Shown here: piece by piece, positions 14,201-29,200 of the stretch
How the letters are laid out: each line of letters starts with the position of its first letter
Numbering within the stretch: the first letter of the stretch is position 1
Assembly (NCBI GenBank): GCA_964035545.1
Contig: OZ037768.1
Span: forward strand, 13,773,675-13,837,674
From: Bugula neritina
Taxonomy: Eukaryota > Animalia > Bryozoa
Direction: 5' to 3'
Length of the DNA stretch: 64,000 nt
Notes under the pieces: model-generated
What the model was told of the DNA's origin: nothing
What the model saw: the letters and a program-made list of their open reading frames with translations, nothing else
Databases searched by the model: none
Translations under genes and position numbers: made by a program

Positions 14201-17200
14201 GACTAGAAGTCTAAATTTAAGATGTCACTTGTGAGATTATCCCAACTTACCAGCTTTGCCAAGTTATAGACCTAAGAGCACAAATAATCAGAGTATGAGA
14301 GCAAATTATAGACCTATGAGAGCGTTTTGTGAGCATATGAGAAAGATCGTACTTTATTGTAAGCATATGAGATGCAATAGTCAGTGAGTTTTTGATCATT
14401 TGGCACTCCATATCACTCTATCATGAGAAGTCTTCTGCAGACCTCATGAGCCTCAATTTCAAAGCTATTACAAAGCTTTTCTTCTGCACAAACATCTGTG
14501 ATGCCACTACTTCAATCAACTCCATCACATTAGTCCCATAGTCCTAATATGGAAATTAATTTCAGATAAAATCTGTACCTGGAAACACTACAGAGTTCAA
14601 AGTTCCAAAGTTGAAAGAAGGGAATGACTATTTGTTCAGAGTAAAAGCTGAGAACATACATGGTCTCTCACCTGCTCTGGTGACCGAAGACTCTACTAAG
14701 GCGAAGAACCCGTTTAGTACGTTTCATCATGTTAGATGGTGCAAACTTTCTTATAAATTAATTTCATGTTATTAGAGAACATTAATGCTACAATTATATT
14801 TTCATTATATGGAGCAGTAGTGGAGAAATTGAGGTAGCCTAAGTTCTTTAAATTTCTTTATAAATTTTGGTTTAGGGCGAGAGCTGAGATTCATGCAAGA
14901 ACATAACTGTTTTTGCTACATTTCTAATCTAGAACACAGGCTTTTCTCAATTTCTCCATTAATGCACCTACCTCAATATTTTTAGAGTTTTGGTGGAACA
15001 TAGAAGATTAGTAAAATAAATTAATAGCAATACTGTTTATGATTATGGAAAATACACAATTTTACAACAGTGTGTGCGAGTATGCTGTATCACTTACAAG
15101 TATTTATAGTAGGTTTTTAATAAGAAAACTTTACTCCCTTGAAATATGCCTAATGTGCTGTTTAACTTTTAGCTGCCCCGAGTGCTCCTGACAAACCCAA
15201 AGTTGTAGATGCTGATCGAGACTTTATAGACATTGAATGGTTAGCACCATCAGATGGAGGAAGCCCAATTACTGGATATATTGTTGAGAAACTAGACAAG
15301 TCTAAACCCAACAGTGACTGGGTACCAGTCACTAGATCTCCTATAAAGGTATGTCTTCTATCAAACCTCGCCCATTTAACCAATGCTTAGGTTTTGCTTA
15401 TTGCATTATAGGACTTAGAATGCAATTGCTCTACCTTGCAGGCAGCTTTTCATGGGACAATGAGCTGTTAGGTTTCAGAGTTACAAAAACACTAGTTTCT
15501 ACCACTTTTACTTGGTTGGACTTTGGTTTTAACTGAACTGGAAGAATCCACAGTTTTGTTTATGGTGTTGCTCTTAGTTAATTTTGTGTCCGCCCACCGG
15601 AAGAAGTGCCTTGAAATAAAGTGTTTGACATTTATAGTCAGTTTTTTTATTTTCATGTCACTGGCTTTACATACCGCCTGATTTTTTTATCAAACTGTGC
15701 TACTTATTTAATCTAGGACAAGCACTATATAGATGAAAAAGTGAAAGCCAACATGCCCTATGAGTATAGAGTCATAGCAGTAAATGCTGGAGGCCAGTCT
15801 GCTCCAAGCCCATCTACTGGTTTGGTCAAAGCTAAACCTCTCAAAGAAGCCCCTCATTTTGATTTATCTGGACTCTTTGGAGCCAAAGATATTAGAGTGA
15901 AAGTTGGTGAACCCCTAAAGATATCTGTTGGTTGTCAGGGGTCTCCTACGCCAACAGTTACTTGGTTAAACAATGGGAAACCCATTGCAGATGGGCCAAT
16001 GGTATGAGTCATAATATCTTACTTAGAGCTGCATGTAGCTGTGTGCACTAGTTGACAAAATAGTGTAGCATTTTCTTGCTGAAAAAATAGGTTTTTATAG
16101 TTACATTTATTGGGTGTTACTGCATTAGTGTTAATATTGCTATAACTGTTGTAATGCATAATCAAACCAGAAATTATATCCATTGCTTAATTGTAGTCTA
16201 AACTAGCACAAGATGATGAAACTGTTAGCTTAGAAATTCCTCGCTGTGAAAGAAAGGATGCTGGAAAATATACAATCAAAGCTGTGAATCCTAATGGAGA
16301 AGAGTCTGTAGAGCTCAATGTTATAGTGTTAGATGCTCCAAGTGCTCCAGAAGGTCCTCTAGAGGTCAGTGATATTTTGGCAAATCAAGTGACTCTGTCT
16401 TGGAAGCCTCCGCTGGACGACTTTGGTGCTCCTGTGTCTGAATACGTTGTGGAGATGCTAGACCCAGATACAGGTAACTTTCATCTAGAGATTCACATTT
16501 ACAAACTGTGAGTACTTGAATATACTTCAGATTGATGTTAATCTACTCTACTTGTGTGTACATAGATCTTTTTTACTAGGCTTATGGACAAAACCAAACT
16601 GTTTGGTCAATGGCACCAACACTACTGTAAAAGGGCTAGAAGAGGGAAAGAAGTATGTGTTCCGAGTAAAAGCAGCAAATATATATGGAACTAGCGAACC
16701 CCTGGAAAGCACTACTGTGACAGCAAAAAATCCCTTTGGTAACCTCATCTATCTCACCTCTCTCCTCTCAATCCTGTATGAATGGTGAACTTCCTTATCT
16801 TAGGCATCTGATAATGTCTGAATATGTACATGTTATTGTTTAAACTTGGTTGTGTAAGTATGTTTGTATCGTTCATCTAAAAGTTTATGACTAGAAACAA
16901 CATTCTATTTATAGAAAACTTATCTAAAAGTAGTGTTGGATTTTGTAGGGATGAAATTATGTTATTGTATATAAGTATATGCGCCAACTTAGTAATTACA
17001 AGCATCATGATTAATGTAATATGTTGGAACGAGGAATCTATAATGTTTTATTTGTTCAAACTACATTTTAGATACACCTAGCCAACCAAAGGATTTAGAA
17101 ATTCCATCATATGATCAGTTCTCAACCACCTTACAGTGGAAAAAGCCTGATTCAGATGGAGGAAATCCTATTAAAGGATATCAGGTTAGCTATGCTACAC

Positions 17201-20200
17201 GCAGTGAGTGGAAAAATTAAAGTAACTTTTAAGAAATACAGATAATTATTGAAAAAGATGTTGATGTAAATTTGAGTGAAATAATTTAATACCAAATGAA
17301 ATTAGAAGCTCAGGAAACAAATATACGTTCTGAACATGAGCTGACGTTGTGTCTTCTAGGTGGAAAAGAAAGAGAAGGGTAGAGACTGGCAGCCCGTGGG
17401 AGGGGTTATTCCAAGTACTAAATGTACTGTACCCTGCATAGAGGGCAAAGAGTATGAGTTTAGAGTTAAAGCTGTAAACGATGGAGGTGCTGGTGAACCA
17501 AGCAGAGCTACTAAACCACATTTGTGCAAAGTCCCTATTGGTAGGTGAACACTGAATCATGTGAATTTCCTTTGATGTGATAATATAGACTTTTTGAAAT
17601 AGTGTCAATAGAAGTTTTTCCTTCCCACAACTTTGTCAACTCTTATATTTTAGCACAAGTCACCTTAACTGCAGCCGTTTTTTACATGAGTATTTAATGA
17701 AGTTGTAACATGATAAGTAATAGATGCTATATATATTGTTTAAATAATCAAACTGTAAATGCTAAAAGCTACTCATTCAAAGATAAGTAATCAAGTTGGT
17801 CTTTTACATAAACTATGTAAGAAATACTTGGTAAAGAGACATAATCCATTAAGTTGTGCAATAGTGCATATTGCCATATATTATACTTACTTGTTAGACC
17901 CAGCTGGTGCTCCCACTCAACCCAAAGTTGACAAGATTACCAACAATTCAGTTTCTTTATCTTGGAACAAACCCAGAGATGATGGTGGAGCTTTAGATAA
18001 ATATGTGATTGAAATGAAGACTCCAAATGGAGACTGGGAGTGGGCTACAGAAGTTCCTGCAACGTTAGTGAATCAAACTAATAGAATAGTGATACAACTT
18101 GTAATTTTAGGTTTCTGACCTTTTTAGAAAAAATGTATCTTCGGTTTTAATATAAGTATTCACTTTTTATAACAATTTTTTAACAAAAAAAAGGTTTTTC
18201 TACACATGAATATATACAATTTTCATTTGAAATAATCAGTTAAATTATTAGTCCTTGAGCGGATTTATTTTATTGTGTTAATTGATGAGACTTGTTTAAT
18301 GTTACGGGCTTTACAGGAGTACATCTGCTACTATCAAGCCTTTAGAGGAAGGTCAAACTTACCAGTTCAGAGTACGTGGAGTCAATGCTGCTGGTCTAGG
18401 CGAACCAAGTAAACCTACTGAAAAACTTGTTGTGGAAGATCAGCCTGAGAAACCTGAGTAAGCAGCCAATTACTTGCGTTATCTTGAACAGAAATTTTTA
18501 ACAATAACGCATATTTTACTCATGACAGTTGCTGTGTTTAATAGTATTTCTTCACAAGTTATCTCAATGTTTTGTGATAATAATGTTGTATTTTGCAAAT
18601 TACTGGATTTTACATCATTACATATGGATACAAAATACTGGTTTAATTGGAGATTCAGCTGAAAACGCTTAAGTGTTTTAATTTTCTACACATTATACTG
18701 TATAGTAACAGTACTAATATAAGACTGTACTCTATACACACATAATGTGCTGCATGCTGTGTGTTATTTATTCTAGTTCTCAGGACCACATGATTCGTAT
18801 GTATTTATAGAGTTGATCAAAGCAGTGTTCCAGGGGAGATAACCGTGAGAGCAGGGCAGCTGTTGAAAATTGCAGTGCCGTACTCTGGAGGACATCCCCC
18901 TCCTACGGCTAAGTGGACCAATGATGGTGAACCCGTGGATGAAAAGCGAGCTGCAATTGAGGTTGGTCTTGTCACACTAAATTGCTGCTAGTCTGTCTTT
19001 CTTTACTATTTTGAATTCACCTCATATGTTCTGCTGTAGCATTTTAACATCCTTTATATAGAGTTGCGTTCTCATGATAGAGTTTATTCTTGCGAGTTGG
19101 GCTCACATACCATGAATCAAATTTATGCCTTTTTATTATATGTCTTAATTACTAAGATGCACATGATATTATCTAGAAGATTTCAGATGCGGCAGGCTTT
19201 GTTGTGCAAGCAGCATGCTCGCTGGTGGTTTACATTAACAAGTTATCAATGCTAATTAGTATGTATTTGCAAATCTGAAACTTTATAGATTAATCATCAA
19301 ATTATGCAAAGTCTGGAATGTAAATGGTTTTGTAGATACTATGCATAGCTAGCTAAAATTGAGCTAAGAAGCAGTGCAGTATTGATAATTCTATATCAAT
19401 AACTGATTGTAGCTTATACACTATCAGAACTTTTTAAAAATGATTTTTTTTTTATATAAAAATTGCTATTACAGATAAAATGCTATACACAGGTAAAATG
19501 CAATTTGCAACACTATATTAAAATTTTTAGATTTGCTACAAGCTCTACTCTAATTCACAAAACATTATAAGAGTATTGTCTGTCTGTGTTTATAGATGAC
19601 AAAGAATGAGGCCCTCCTCACTATTCCAAAGTGTAAAAGAGGCGATACAGGCCCTTACAAAGTGCTTCTTTCCAATCCATCTGGTACTTCTGAGGCTATG
19701 GTTAAGGTCAATGTCTTAGGTATGTGAATCTCGGTCTAATAATTAGGGTAGAATAATAAGGAAAATTATCTTTCCAGCAGTACCTACTCTGCTAGCAATG
19801 TGAAGTGGGAGTTTATCCACTACACTACTAAGCCAGGCCAAATAATGTTATGTAGTAGATACAAGTTCGCTCCATACTGCTAATCAAATAGGTGCAGAAG
19901 AATTCAAACTTCTTATGAGCAAGTTGTTTTCCTACATATAAAATGTAGCTAAAATTTATATATAGTTGTTTGCACTTTCTTCCAAAAAAATTAGTACATG
20001 CTACCAAAAATAGAAATTGAAAACTTGTCAATTAAAAAACCTCAACGCCAACTATGATATACTTGTATATTCAATCTCAGAATCATTACAGCAATTTCAT
20101 CTATTCTTGTAATTTAGAAAACTTATTATATTTGTATGGCACACAATTTTATTAATTTACTTGTAAAAAGTCAATTTCCCAACAGCTCTCAACTTCTGGA

Positions 20201-23200
20201 AGGCAAGCAACTTTACAGGTTTGTTTTGGAGTGTTAGCCAACTCTGCAAAGCACTGAACACAACATGCCTCACTGAGGTCTATGATGACATGTCTTTATT
20301 TTTTATATATAAAAATAAAACTAATTGTAAATTTGGTAAGGATATAATTGTAGCTATATCAGACATAATTTGCTGTAGATGTCCCAGCACCACCTGAAGG
20401 TCCCATTGACTACAAGGATATGATGGGAGACAGCATGACTCTAGTTTGGAAACCACCCAAAGATGACGGAGGCAGTGATATTACCAACTACGTAGTGGAG
20501 AAAAGACCTGTTGGTTCTAACAGGTATGCTGCAACTTTAATTCTATTTAGATCATTGAAAGTATTTGGTTTATAGCTCCCAAATTTACAATACATAATAT
20601 TCAAATTGTCATTGAAGTAAATTTTATATTATTAAAAAGCAAAGAAGTTTCAGACAACAGATCATGCTATTTTTTGTCATGTTCTTTACAAATGTTGCAG
20701 ATGGACCAAGGTGAATAGTTTTGTGCCTGGCGCTCATTGCCCAGTGAAGAATTTGAATGTTGGAACTCAATACGAGTTTAGAGTGATGGCAGAAAATCAA
20801 TATGGCCAGAGCGAGCCTCTGACAACCACTGAACCCATTACGGCTAAGCATCCTTTTGGTAATTATTCTAATTAATAAAGTTTGACTTATTCAATTCACC
20901 ATATTCATACAGCTATTTCTTGCAAAATAACAGTAGAAATCAAAAGTTCTAAATTTTTAGTTTTCAAAAGAATATTTGTAAAAAAACATTAGCTAAGACT
21001 GAAGTTCAATTAATTTTGCTACTGTCAATCAAATCATTTCTATTGGCTTTATATATACACTCTATCTGTATATGCGGCCTACATAACGACGAGGGTTTAA
21101 TAAAAATATGTAATTGTTATAAATAGTTCTTCAGCTTCAAGGTATGCAACTACTAGGTCTTATAATAGTTTTTCTGTTTCAACTATAGCTTCTACATCTG
21201 TAGTTCCTCCTTAACCATGATTGCATTTATACTTAAGATGTCCCTGACAAGCCAGGAAAACCAGAACCATTAGAGACAACTCCAAATTCGATAACCCTAG
21301 AGTGGGAAGCACCGCGGCGAGATGGTGGAAACCCTATTATCGGCTACACTGTAGAAAAGAGATTGAAAGGGGATATTAAATGGACAAAGTATAAAATTCA
21401 CAAACATTAAATCACCTGCAAACAATAAAACTTTTAAACAACATATTCTTTTTTAGTTCTATTTATTACATTTATTTAAAAAATTTATTATATAACTTTT
21501 TAGAGCATCACGAGAAACTGTGAGAGATGAGACGTTGACTGCGCGTAATCTAATACCCAACAAGGAGTATGAGTTTAGAGTGTGTGCAATCAATGAGGCT
21601 GGAGCCAGTGGATGGAGTGAAAACTCCGCACCTATTGAAGCATGTAATCCTACAGGTACACCACCATAAACTATATAATATTTATACCCATCTTTTAAAG
21701 ATTTGTTTATAGTTGTATTTTCTCTTCTTCAAAGTCATTTATTAAAAAAGTAGTAAATGATAGTAAAATATTCCAACGCTACAAAGTGCTTTTGAAACTT
21801 TTCCAATAACCAGTGGTGCTTTTAACTATACAAAGGTATGCATTTACTCTTTGACTTTGCTATATAATCAACATAAAATGGCAAAATAATTTTTTTCTGT
21901 TGCAATTTTTGGTTTCATAGTCTCCTTCGTACAATTAGACTATGCTTTCTTAAATCAACATAAAGGTTAGAACGTTTTCAAAATGCATCATTCAGTATTC
22001 TAATAAATTGGTGAGTTTCTAATTTGCTAATATGTAACTTTACCGAATATGTTGTAATATATGTTATTATTACAAGGTAATGTCATTAACAGTTTAAAAA
22101 AAAATTTTTAATTACTTTTAATATTGGTACTGAAATTGTAATTCCTATCATGCATAAAGTACATAAAGCCCACCTTTTAGTTTAAATATTCATAATGTGG
22201 CGTAAGAGCAGTTATCAGGTTTATCATGCAGGCATAGTATTAAGTAACCACTAATTGGGATTTTCAGTCGCACCAAAAGTGGACAAGAGCTACCTTCCCA
22301 ATGAAGTAAACACAGAAATAGGCAAAGAGTTTAGAGTTGTCATACCTTATACTGGTGGACCCATCAAATCAGCTATTTTCTCAAATGTATGTTGTATGAT
22401 ACTTAAAGCTATATTAAATATTTGTTGAAATTTGTAAATTAATTTTATCGTACGCTATTGCTATTGCTGGTACAGTGAATGATAAATTCATTGTATTTGC
22501 TGCTTTATCTCTTTATAACATGCCTTTCCAGAAAGGGAAGCCAATACAAGAAAGTGATAGAATCAAGGTGGAGATTACTCCTAATGAAGTCATACTAACC
22601 AACAAGTGTGCAGAAGTTGGTGATGAAGGAGATTATTCAATAAATTTAGTGAATGAGAAAGGCCAAGACACATGCAATGTCAAAGTCAATGTGAAAGGTC
22701 AGTTAGTTTTTGACCCACAAGCTTAGCTGCATCAGTTTGTTGTAGGTTCACCAAATAATGTGCTCTTGTAATCATACAAACATAAAATATTTCTTTGACA
22801 GTTTTTTTTTTATTAAAGACTAAATAATTTGTTAGCTAGCTACACGCAGTCAAATTGTTGTTTAATAATTCAGAGTTTGTTTTGCTGACACCTTCATGCT
22901 AATAGGATGTTTTCATAATTTAAAACAGTTTGTATCTATAAAGTTATAATAAACTTGGGAGAATAAAGTTTAAAATGTGTTACAGATAAGCCGAGTATGC
23001 CAGAAGGTCCTTTGACTGTTTCAAACATCACAGCTGATTCGTGTAAACTCAACTGGGAAGCTCCTAGAAAGACGGGAGGTCTGCCTGTCACACATTACAT
23101 CGTGGAGAAGATGGACATGGCAGATGGCACGTGGAAACCTGTCACTAAATTCTGCAGAGGGACAAGTTATCAACCTTCAGACCTCATCAATGGTTGGTTA

Positions 23201-26200
23201 CTTTAGCCGAGTTTAAATAGAGTGGCCATGAGTTAAAAATAGTTTCCTTATATATATGATTTAATTTTTTTTATAAATCATGAAATTTCATAAACTAGGC
23301 TGAAGTATGAAGGCATTAATATGGAACCATATATATATGTTTGCACACAATGTATTTTCTGGAAGTATCTATGCTTTTCTTGACATTTTATTGCATTACA
23401 TTTCATTGCATTACATTTCATTGCATTACATTCCATTGCATTACATTTCCTTTCATTACCTGGTGGTTTGTGTTAAAAAGTTTTCAATTTCAGTCATATC
23501 TTCAAAACTAATTAATTAATACAGTAAGGGATCTTTTCTAGGTTAAGTATTGGTGCATCCAAGTATCCTATTATCCTAATACTGAGAGTGTTGGAGTAAC
23601 ATGACAATTTGTGTTGCATGCCACCTTCTACGAATATAGTGAATGGTATAATAAAGGATGGGATATATAGTTTATAACATACAACTGTTGTTGCAGGTCA
23701 CAACTACAAGTTTCGGGTAATGGCTGTGAATGAGTTAGGGGAAAGCGAGCCCTTGGAGACAGCTAAACTAATCAAAGCTGCACCTGACCACAGTAAGTAT
23801 TTTATTCATTCGTAGAGCAAATGCTCTACATAATTTTATTATAGCACACACATTTATGCAGGTAATGTTTCTAGCCTGAGCTTAGTGCCTTATTTTGCAG
23901 AATGTATTAGACTTATAATAGCTGAATTATTTTATATACGTGTTAAAAATGGCCAAATGTTTTATTTATAAGTCCATTTGCTTTTCATGCTTCATCTGCT
24001 AAATAGGTTAAGCTCACATGTAGTTGAAAAGATTTCATCGGTTTGTTGTACATTAAAATTTTAAATTGGAAAATAACTGTGTATGGAGACTGTAATGTGT
24101 AAGCAGATAGTGTATATAGCATATAGTATATACATTCAGCAGGTAGAATATAGCATATAGCATATAGTATATACATTCAGCAGGTAGAATATAGCATATA
24201 GTATATACATTCAGCAGGTAGAATATAGCATATAGTATATACATTCAGCAGGTAGAATATAGCATATAGTATATACATTCAGCAGGTAGAATATAGCATA
24301 TAGTATATACATTCAGCAGGTAGAATATAGCATATAGCATATAGCATATAGTATATACATTCAGCAGGTAGAATATAGCATATAGCATATAGTATATACA
24401 TTCAGCAGGTAGAATATAGCATATAGTATATACATTCAGCAGGTAGAATATAGCATATAGTATATACATTCAGCAGGTAGAATATAGCATATAGTATATA
24501 CATTCAGCAGGTAGAATATAGCATATAGCATATACTGTATGATAGGTGGCATATGATACAGAATAAAATATTAGGTATGTGTAATATTGCCTATTTCTTT
24601 AAAAAAAACTTTGTGAAGTATAGAAGTTGTTAGCATATCTTTAGTTCTTGAGCTTTGTAACAGCTAATTTTTATCACGTGCCCCAATCATGAATAGAAGA
24701 GTTACCATAAGTTTTGAAATTACAAAATTGTATAAAATTATAGTAATCTACACATCTCAAATTTATTTTTATATAACTTTATGTGACCATTCGTTATAAA
24801 ATAAGCTGTAATTTGCAATCAGCAAGTTTGCAAATGAAAAAATTTGTCTCGCATGTAAACCATAAAAAATGTGAATAAAAAGAGTATTCTTACTTGGACA
24901 TCTGAATCAATCAATCTTGCAGATATGCAGTATGCATTTGAAATATAAGCATATTATTCTTTTGTGTGAAAGTCACCATTTAAAACTTCTACAATGATTT
25001 TTTGCACATATTTGAAATATTTTTAGGATTAATTTATGTCAAATAGCAATGCTACCACCAAAATAGATAGATAGATAAATAGATAGATAGATACATGCTG
25101 TATATATACATGTATATATAAATAAACACACCTCCAACAATATTAACATTCCACTGCAATACCATGTAAACAGCATCCCATGGCTAACATTAACTTCTGT
25201 ACAGACAGATGAAGTAATAGCATGTTCAAGCAAATAATGGCAACGCACTTTGCCAATTAACATTTTAGTAAATACGTTTGAATTATAATGAATCTACATC
25301 TACGGGCTAACTATACTGTAGTGATAGAGTAAATAGTTCAACACCTCTGTTTGGGCATAACCTGCATTACACAAGTACTTATACCGAGTGTGTGTGCTTT
25401 TCTTAGAGATTAGGTAATTCAATAACATTGCAGCAGGAGCTTGTAGTAGCACAGCATAGCTCTAGTAGAAGGCAAGTATCATCTAATTTTCTTACACTTT
25501 TGTGTGCAACTAAAGACTGAGTTATATTTTTTAGTATTGCATGGCTGCACTGCTCGTGAGCAGTCAATCTAAATAAGATTTTATTATCTCTATTTATTTA
25601 TTTCACAGAGTATAGGTACTTGACTCGTTTATAAAAAATAGTCATTACTAGCACAGTTAATCTATCATCATCAATATAACTTGTAGAATATGCAAATTTT
25701 ACACGAATTTTCGTAGACAGTTTGATAAGAATATTAATGCGTATAGTCTTCCATTATGTTTTATTAATTATGTGAACTTGACATTATAAATTTCATTTTG
25801 GGTTACATGCAGGTAAGAGAAAATTGTTCAGGCAATTATGGATTAGTACCTTTGCTTCCATTAACAAATTTAATAGCACAGCATGTATTACATACAGATA
25901 GAGCTATAACATAAATCAATTTAGCAGCCAAGTATAGATATTAGCAACCTTTGAACTTTGGTGTTTCTAGTATTTTCGATCACTTATTAGCTAGATATAG
26001 CAATTGTATTAGCCAATATATAGATATTCCCAGAATACAGGTTTTTTTTCTACCTTTAGGCCTTTGATTCTAAAATTGAAAGCATGGAAATTCCTGTGGT
26101 TTTATTGCTAAACAGACTTAGCTGTTAGAAACATATCAAATAATACTAACATCATATTTGTTATATATACTATACATTGTCAGCCTGTGGTTCATAATCC

Positions 26201-29200
26201 CTTCCATATAAAGGCATATTTAATAATTTAGCCTTTAACAAAAAAACTTAAATTACAATCTCGACAGAAATTAACATAATGGAATTTACTTACCAATTTA
26301 TTTTGTATCTAAATAAAACTAAATAATACTACATAAACTATACAGAGGGGTTTTTGCTAGCAAATGTTACTTGCCGATTGTAGTGAAACCCAACACTTTT
26401 TAGTTTTATTTGTAATTGCCAGATAAGGTCTGTTTATGTTGACTAGCCAAATAAAATCACAGAAACAGAATAGTATGTTCATGTTTCAGCTGCTCCAGGA
26501 AACCCTAGTAAAATGGAGGTAATGGATGTTAACAAAGGAGAGGTTAGCCTTAGGTGGGCTCGGCCAATGGATGATGGTGGAGATCGGATACAAGGGTATA
26601 TTGTAGAATACCGACCTGTTGGAGGGCATTGGTCTAAATATAATGATGTGCCAATTAAAGAGCTCGATGTAGATGGTATGTACTTTATTAAAAGACACAT
26701 CACAGCTAGTGCAAATCTAATAGTAGTGGTATAACAAGAGCTATTAGATGGCTTAAGGTTCGTCTATAGGATGTTGTTATAACTTGTCAGGCATAAGAAT
26801 GCATGCTGATGTTTTCATGTAAATGTTTGAGCAAAATGTTTTATTGTTTATTGTATGTCTGTGCTACAAGATGAAACTGGAATAAAATTAATTTTTCCTG
26901 TCAGCTTTTGTAAATACAAGGCTTTGAATTTTTGCTTACACATCACTTTAATATATAAAAAAGCAAAAAGTCACATCATAATTCACTTTTATAGTTTTTG
27001 ATAGTATTATCAAGTTTTGGGCTCACAGCATGTCGTTGTTTTAAAACAGTTTAGATTTTAAGCAAAACTAAAAAGTAATGTATTAAAAAGGTTTTTTGCG
27101 ATATGTTGTAATTTTTTTTTCACAAAATGTGTTTCTAGTGAAAGGACTAAAAGACTGTGAATATGAGTTTAGAGTTAGAGCTAAAAACTCTGCTGGTATT
27201 TCTGAACCGAGTAACCCAATTACAGTAGACGTGAAGCCTAAAAACAGTAAGTAACAACATTCTTCTTTAACTAATATAAGCAATTGTCCTCATTTATTTA
27301 ACATATATTACATTATGTATGGTACAGTTATAATTACGTATGTTAGTCAGAAAATGTAAAGTGTTGGGCTTATACATGCAGTAAAATATGTTAATTTTCA
27401 AAGTTCAGAATAGACAATAAACAGTTAGAAAAACACAGTCAATTATATAGTGTTATGCTTCTTTGCCATCCTTTTACCAAATATGAAACTATCAGCACAT
27501 TTGAAAATTTTTAAATCAATTTGTCAAGTCGATGCAACTTTAGATAAGTTTGTTCGAAAAAGTTTTTGGACTTAAAAAATATGCAACACATACATATTTT
27601 TTCAAACTTGATTTTTTGTTTTTCAACTAAAGTAGTTTGAACTACATAAATTTTAAGATGACTATTTTCTGAAATAAAAAAACTCGCTTAAGTTTATAGT
27701 CGCTATCCCTGTGAGAAACTCCTGATAGAAAGGGTTTTTGTTAAAGCGGGCTAAGGACTTATTTAGATGCAGCACAGGAGCAATTACGACTGGATGCTCT
27801 TTCTAACATCACCAATGGCCTTTTTCAGGGCTCGAACCCATGACTTCGTGTTTACTAGGCAAACAATCTAACCCTTAAACCACGGCTGCTCCCTGACTAC
27901 TTTCTGAAATATAGATAATAAAATATATATCAATTTCTTCATATGTATAAAACATAGTTAAACATAAAATACATTTTTGCAGGTGCTCCAACCAAACCAG
28001 GGCAGCCTGAAGTTGTAAAAACTGGTAAACATTACTGCAACTTGAAATGGGCGGCTCCTAAATCGGATGGTGGAGCTCGTATTAAAGGATATGATGTAGA
28101 AATGCGGGAATACCCCGATGGTCCTTGGGTACGAATATAAGAATCCAATATAATATCTATATTCTAAGTACCATTTAATATGAAAGTATTAGCTGGTGTG
28201 AGGTTCTATATATATATATGTTAACATATGTAAATGTTCATTATTTTTTTTTTACAAAATACCTGTATGTGTATTTTCTGCTAGTTGCACTGTTGAAAAA
28301 TAGTAATTTGCACGCTCTGTATGGTATATGCATACATTTCCCATTATACTGTGATGCATGTGTGTTATACAGAGGAAAGCTAATGACTATCATGTCATAG
28401 ACACTAACTACACAGTAACCGAGCTGAAAACCCAGCAACCCTATGAGTTTAGAGTTGTAGCTGTCAATGCTGTCGGACCAAGTGAGCACAGTCTACCAAG
28501 TATGGCTGCCACGCCTAGAGACCCTGACGGTAAAAACTTTAATTCAAAATAGAATTTTTTTTAGTTTGTCACAGTAGTTGTAAAATTAAAAAAAATTTAT
28601 GAATCATAATACTGCGTCTGTTCAAATATTTAGGGTTAAATTGTATTAATGCACACAAGATTACATAGCAAACATATTGTTAGCATTCTAACTACATGCA
28701 TATCCTAAAATGTAACAGGTAAATATTTCAGTACATACTCATGTCGATGATGAAGTGTAGGTAAAGTGTGGTGCAAATCTCTTTGGTATGTTTGTAGACG
28801 AGCTGCTACCTGAATTCACTAAGAAACTTACAAGTCAAGGAGGAAATGTTGGAGACACAGTAAAATTCAATGTAGAGTTTGGCGGGAAACCTAAGCGTGT
28901 CCAATGGTTTATCAAAGATGTAGAAATATTTCCAGATGCTAAATATCAGGTGATACAATTATAAGTCAGAATTCTTTCAGTCAGGTTAAGACACCCATAG
29001 AAGTTGATAGCAAATTTAGAAGCATCTATTTCTGGTTTATTTGCTCGCAATCTGAACACAGGTTTTAGCAACAGAAAAGTCTAGCAATGTTTGGCCAATT
29101 TATTTAAACACAAGTTAGTTTCTATAATTACATTTTGGCACTATGCAAGTTTAAATTTGCAAATTGCTGCAAAAATGGTCTCATAAGTCTAATTATATAA

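Noticed and set aside
23985-24469. Tyr/Ile-rich minus-strand ORFs
   Set aside because: They are translations of the 34-bp minisatellite.
27820-27893. Possible tRNA gene on the minus strand
   Set aside because: A and B boxes are present, but there is no complete acceptor stem and it has a SINE body and a target duplication.
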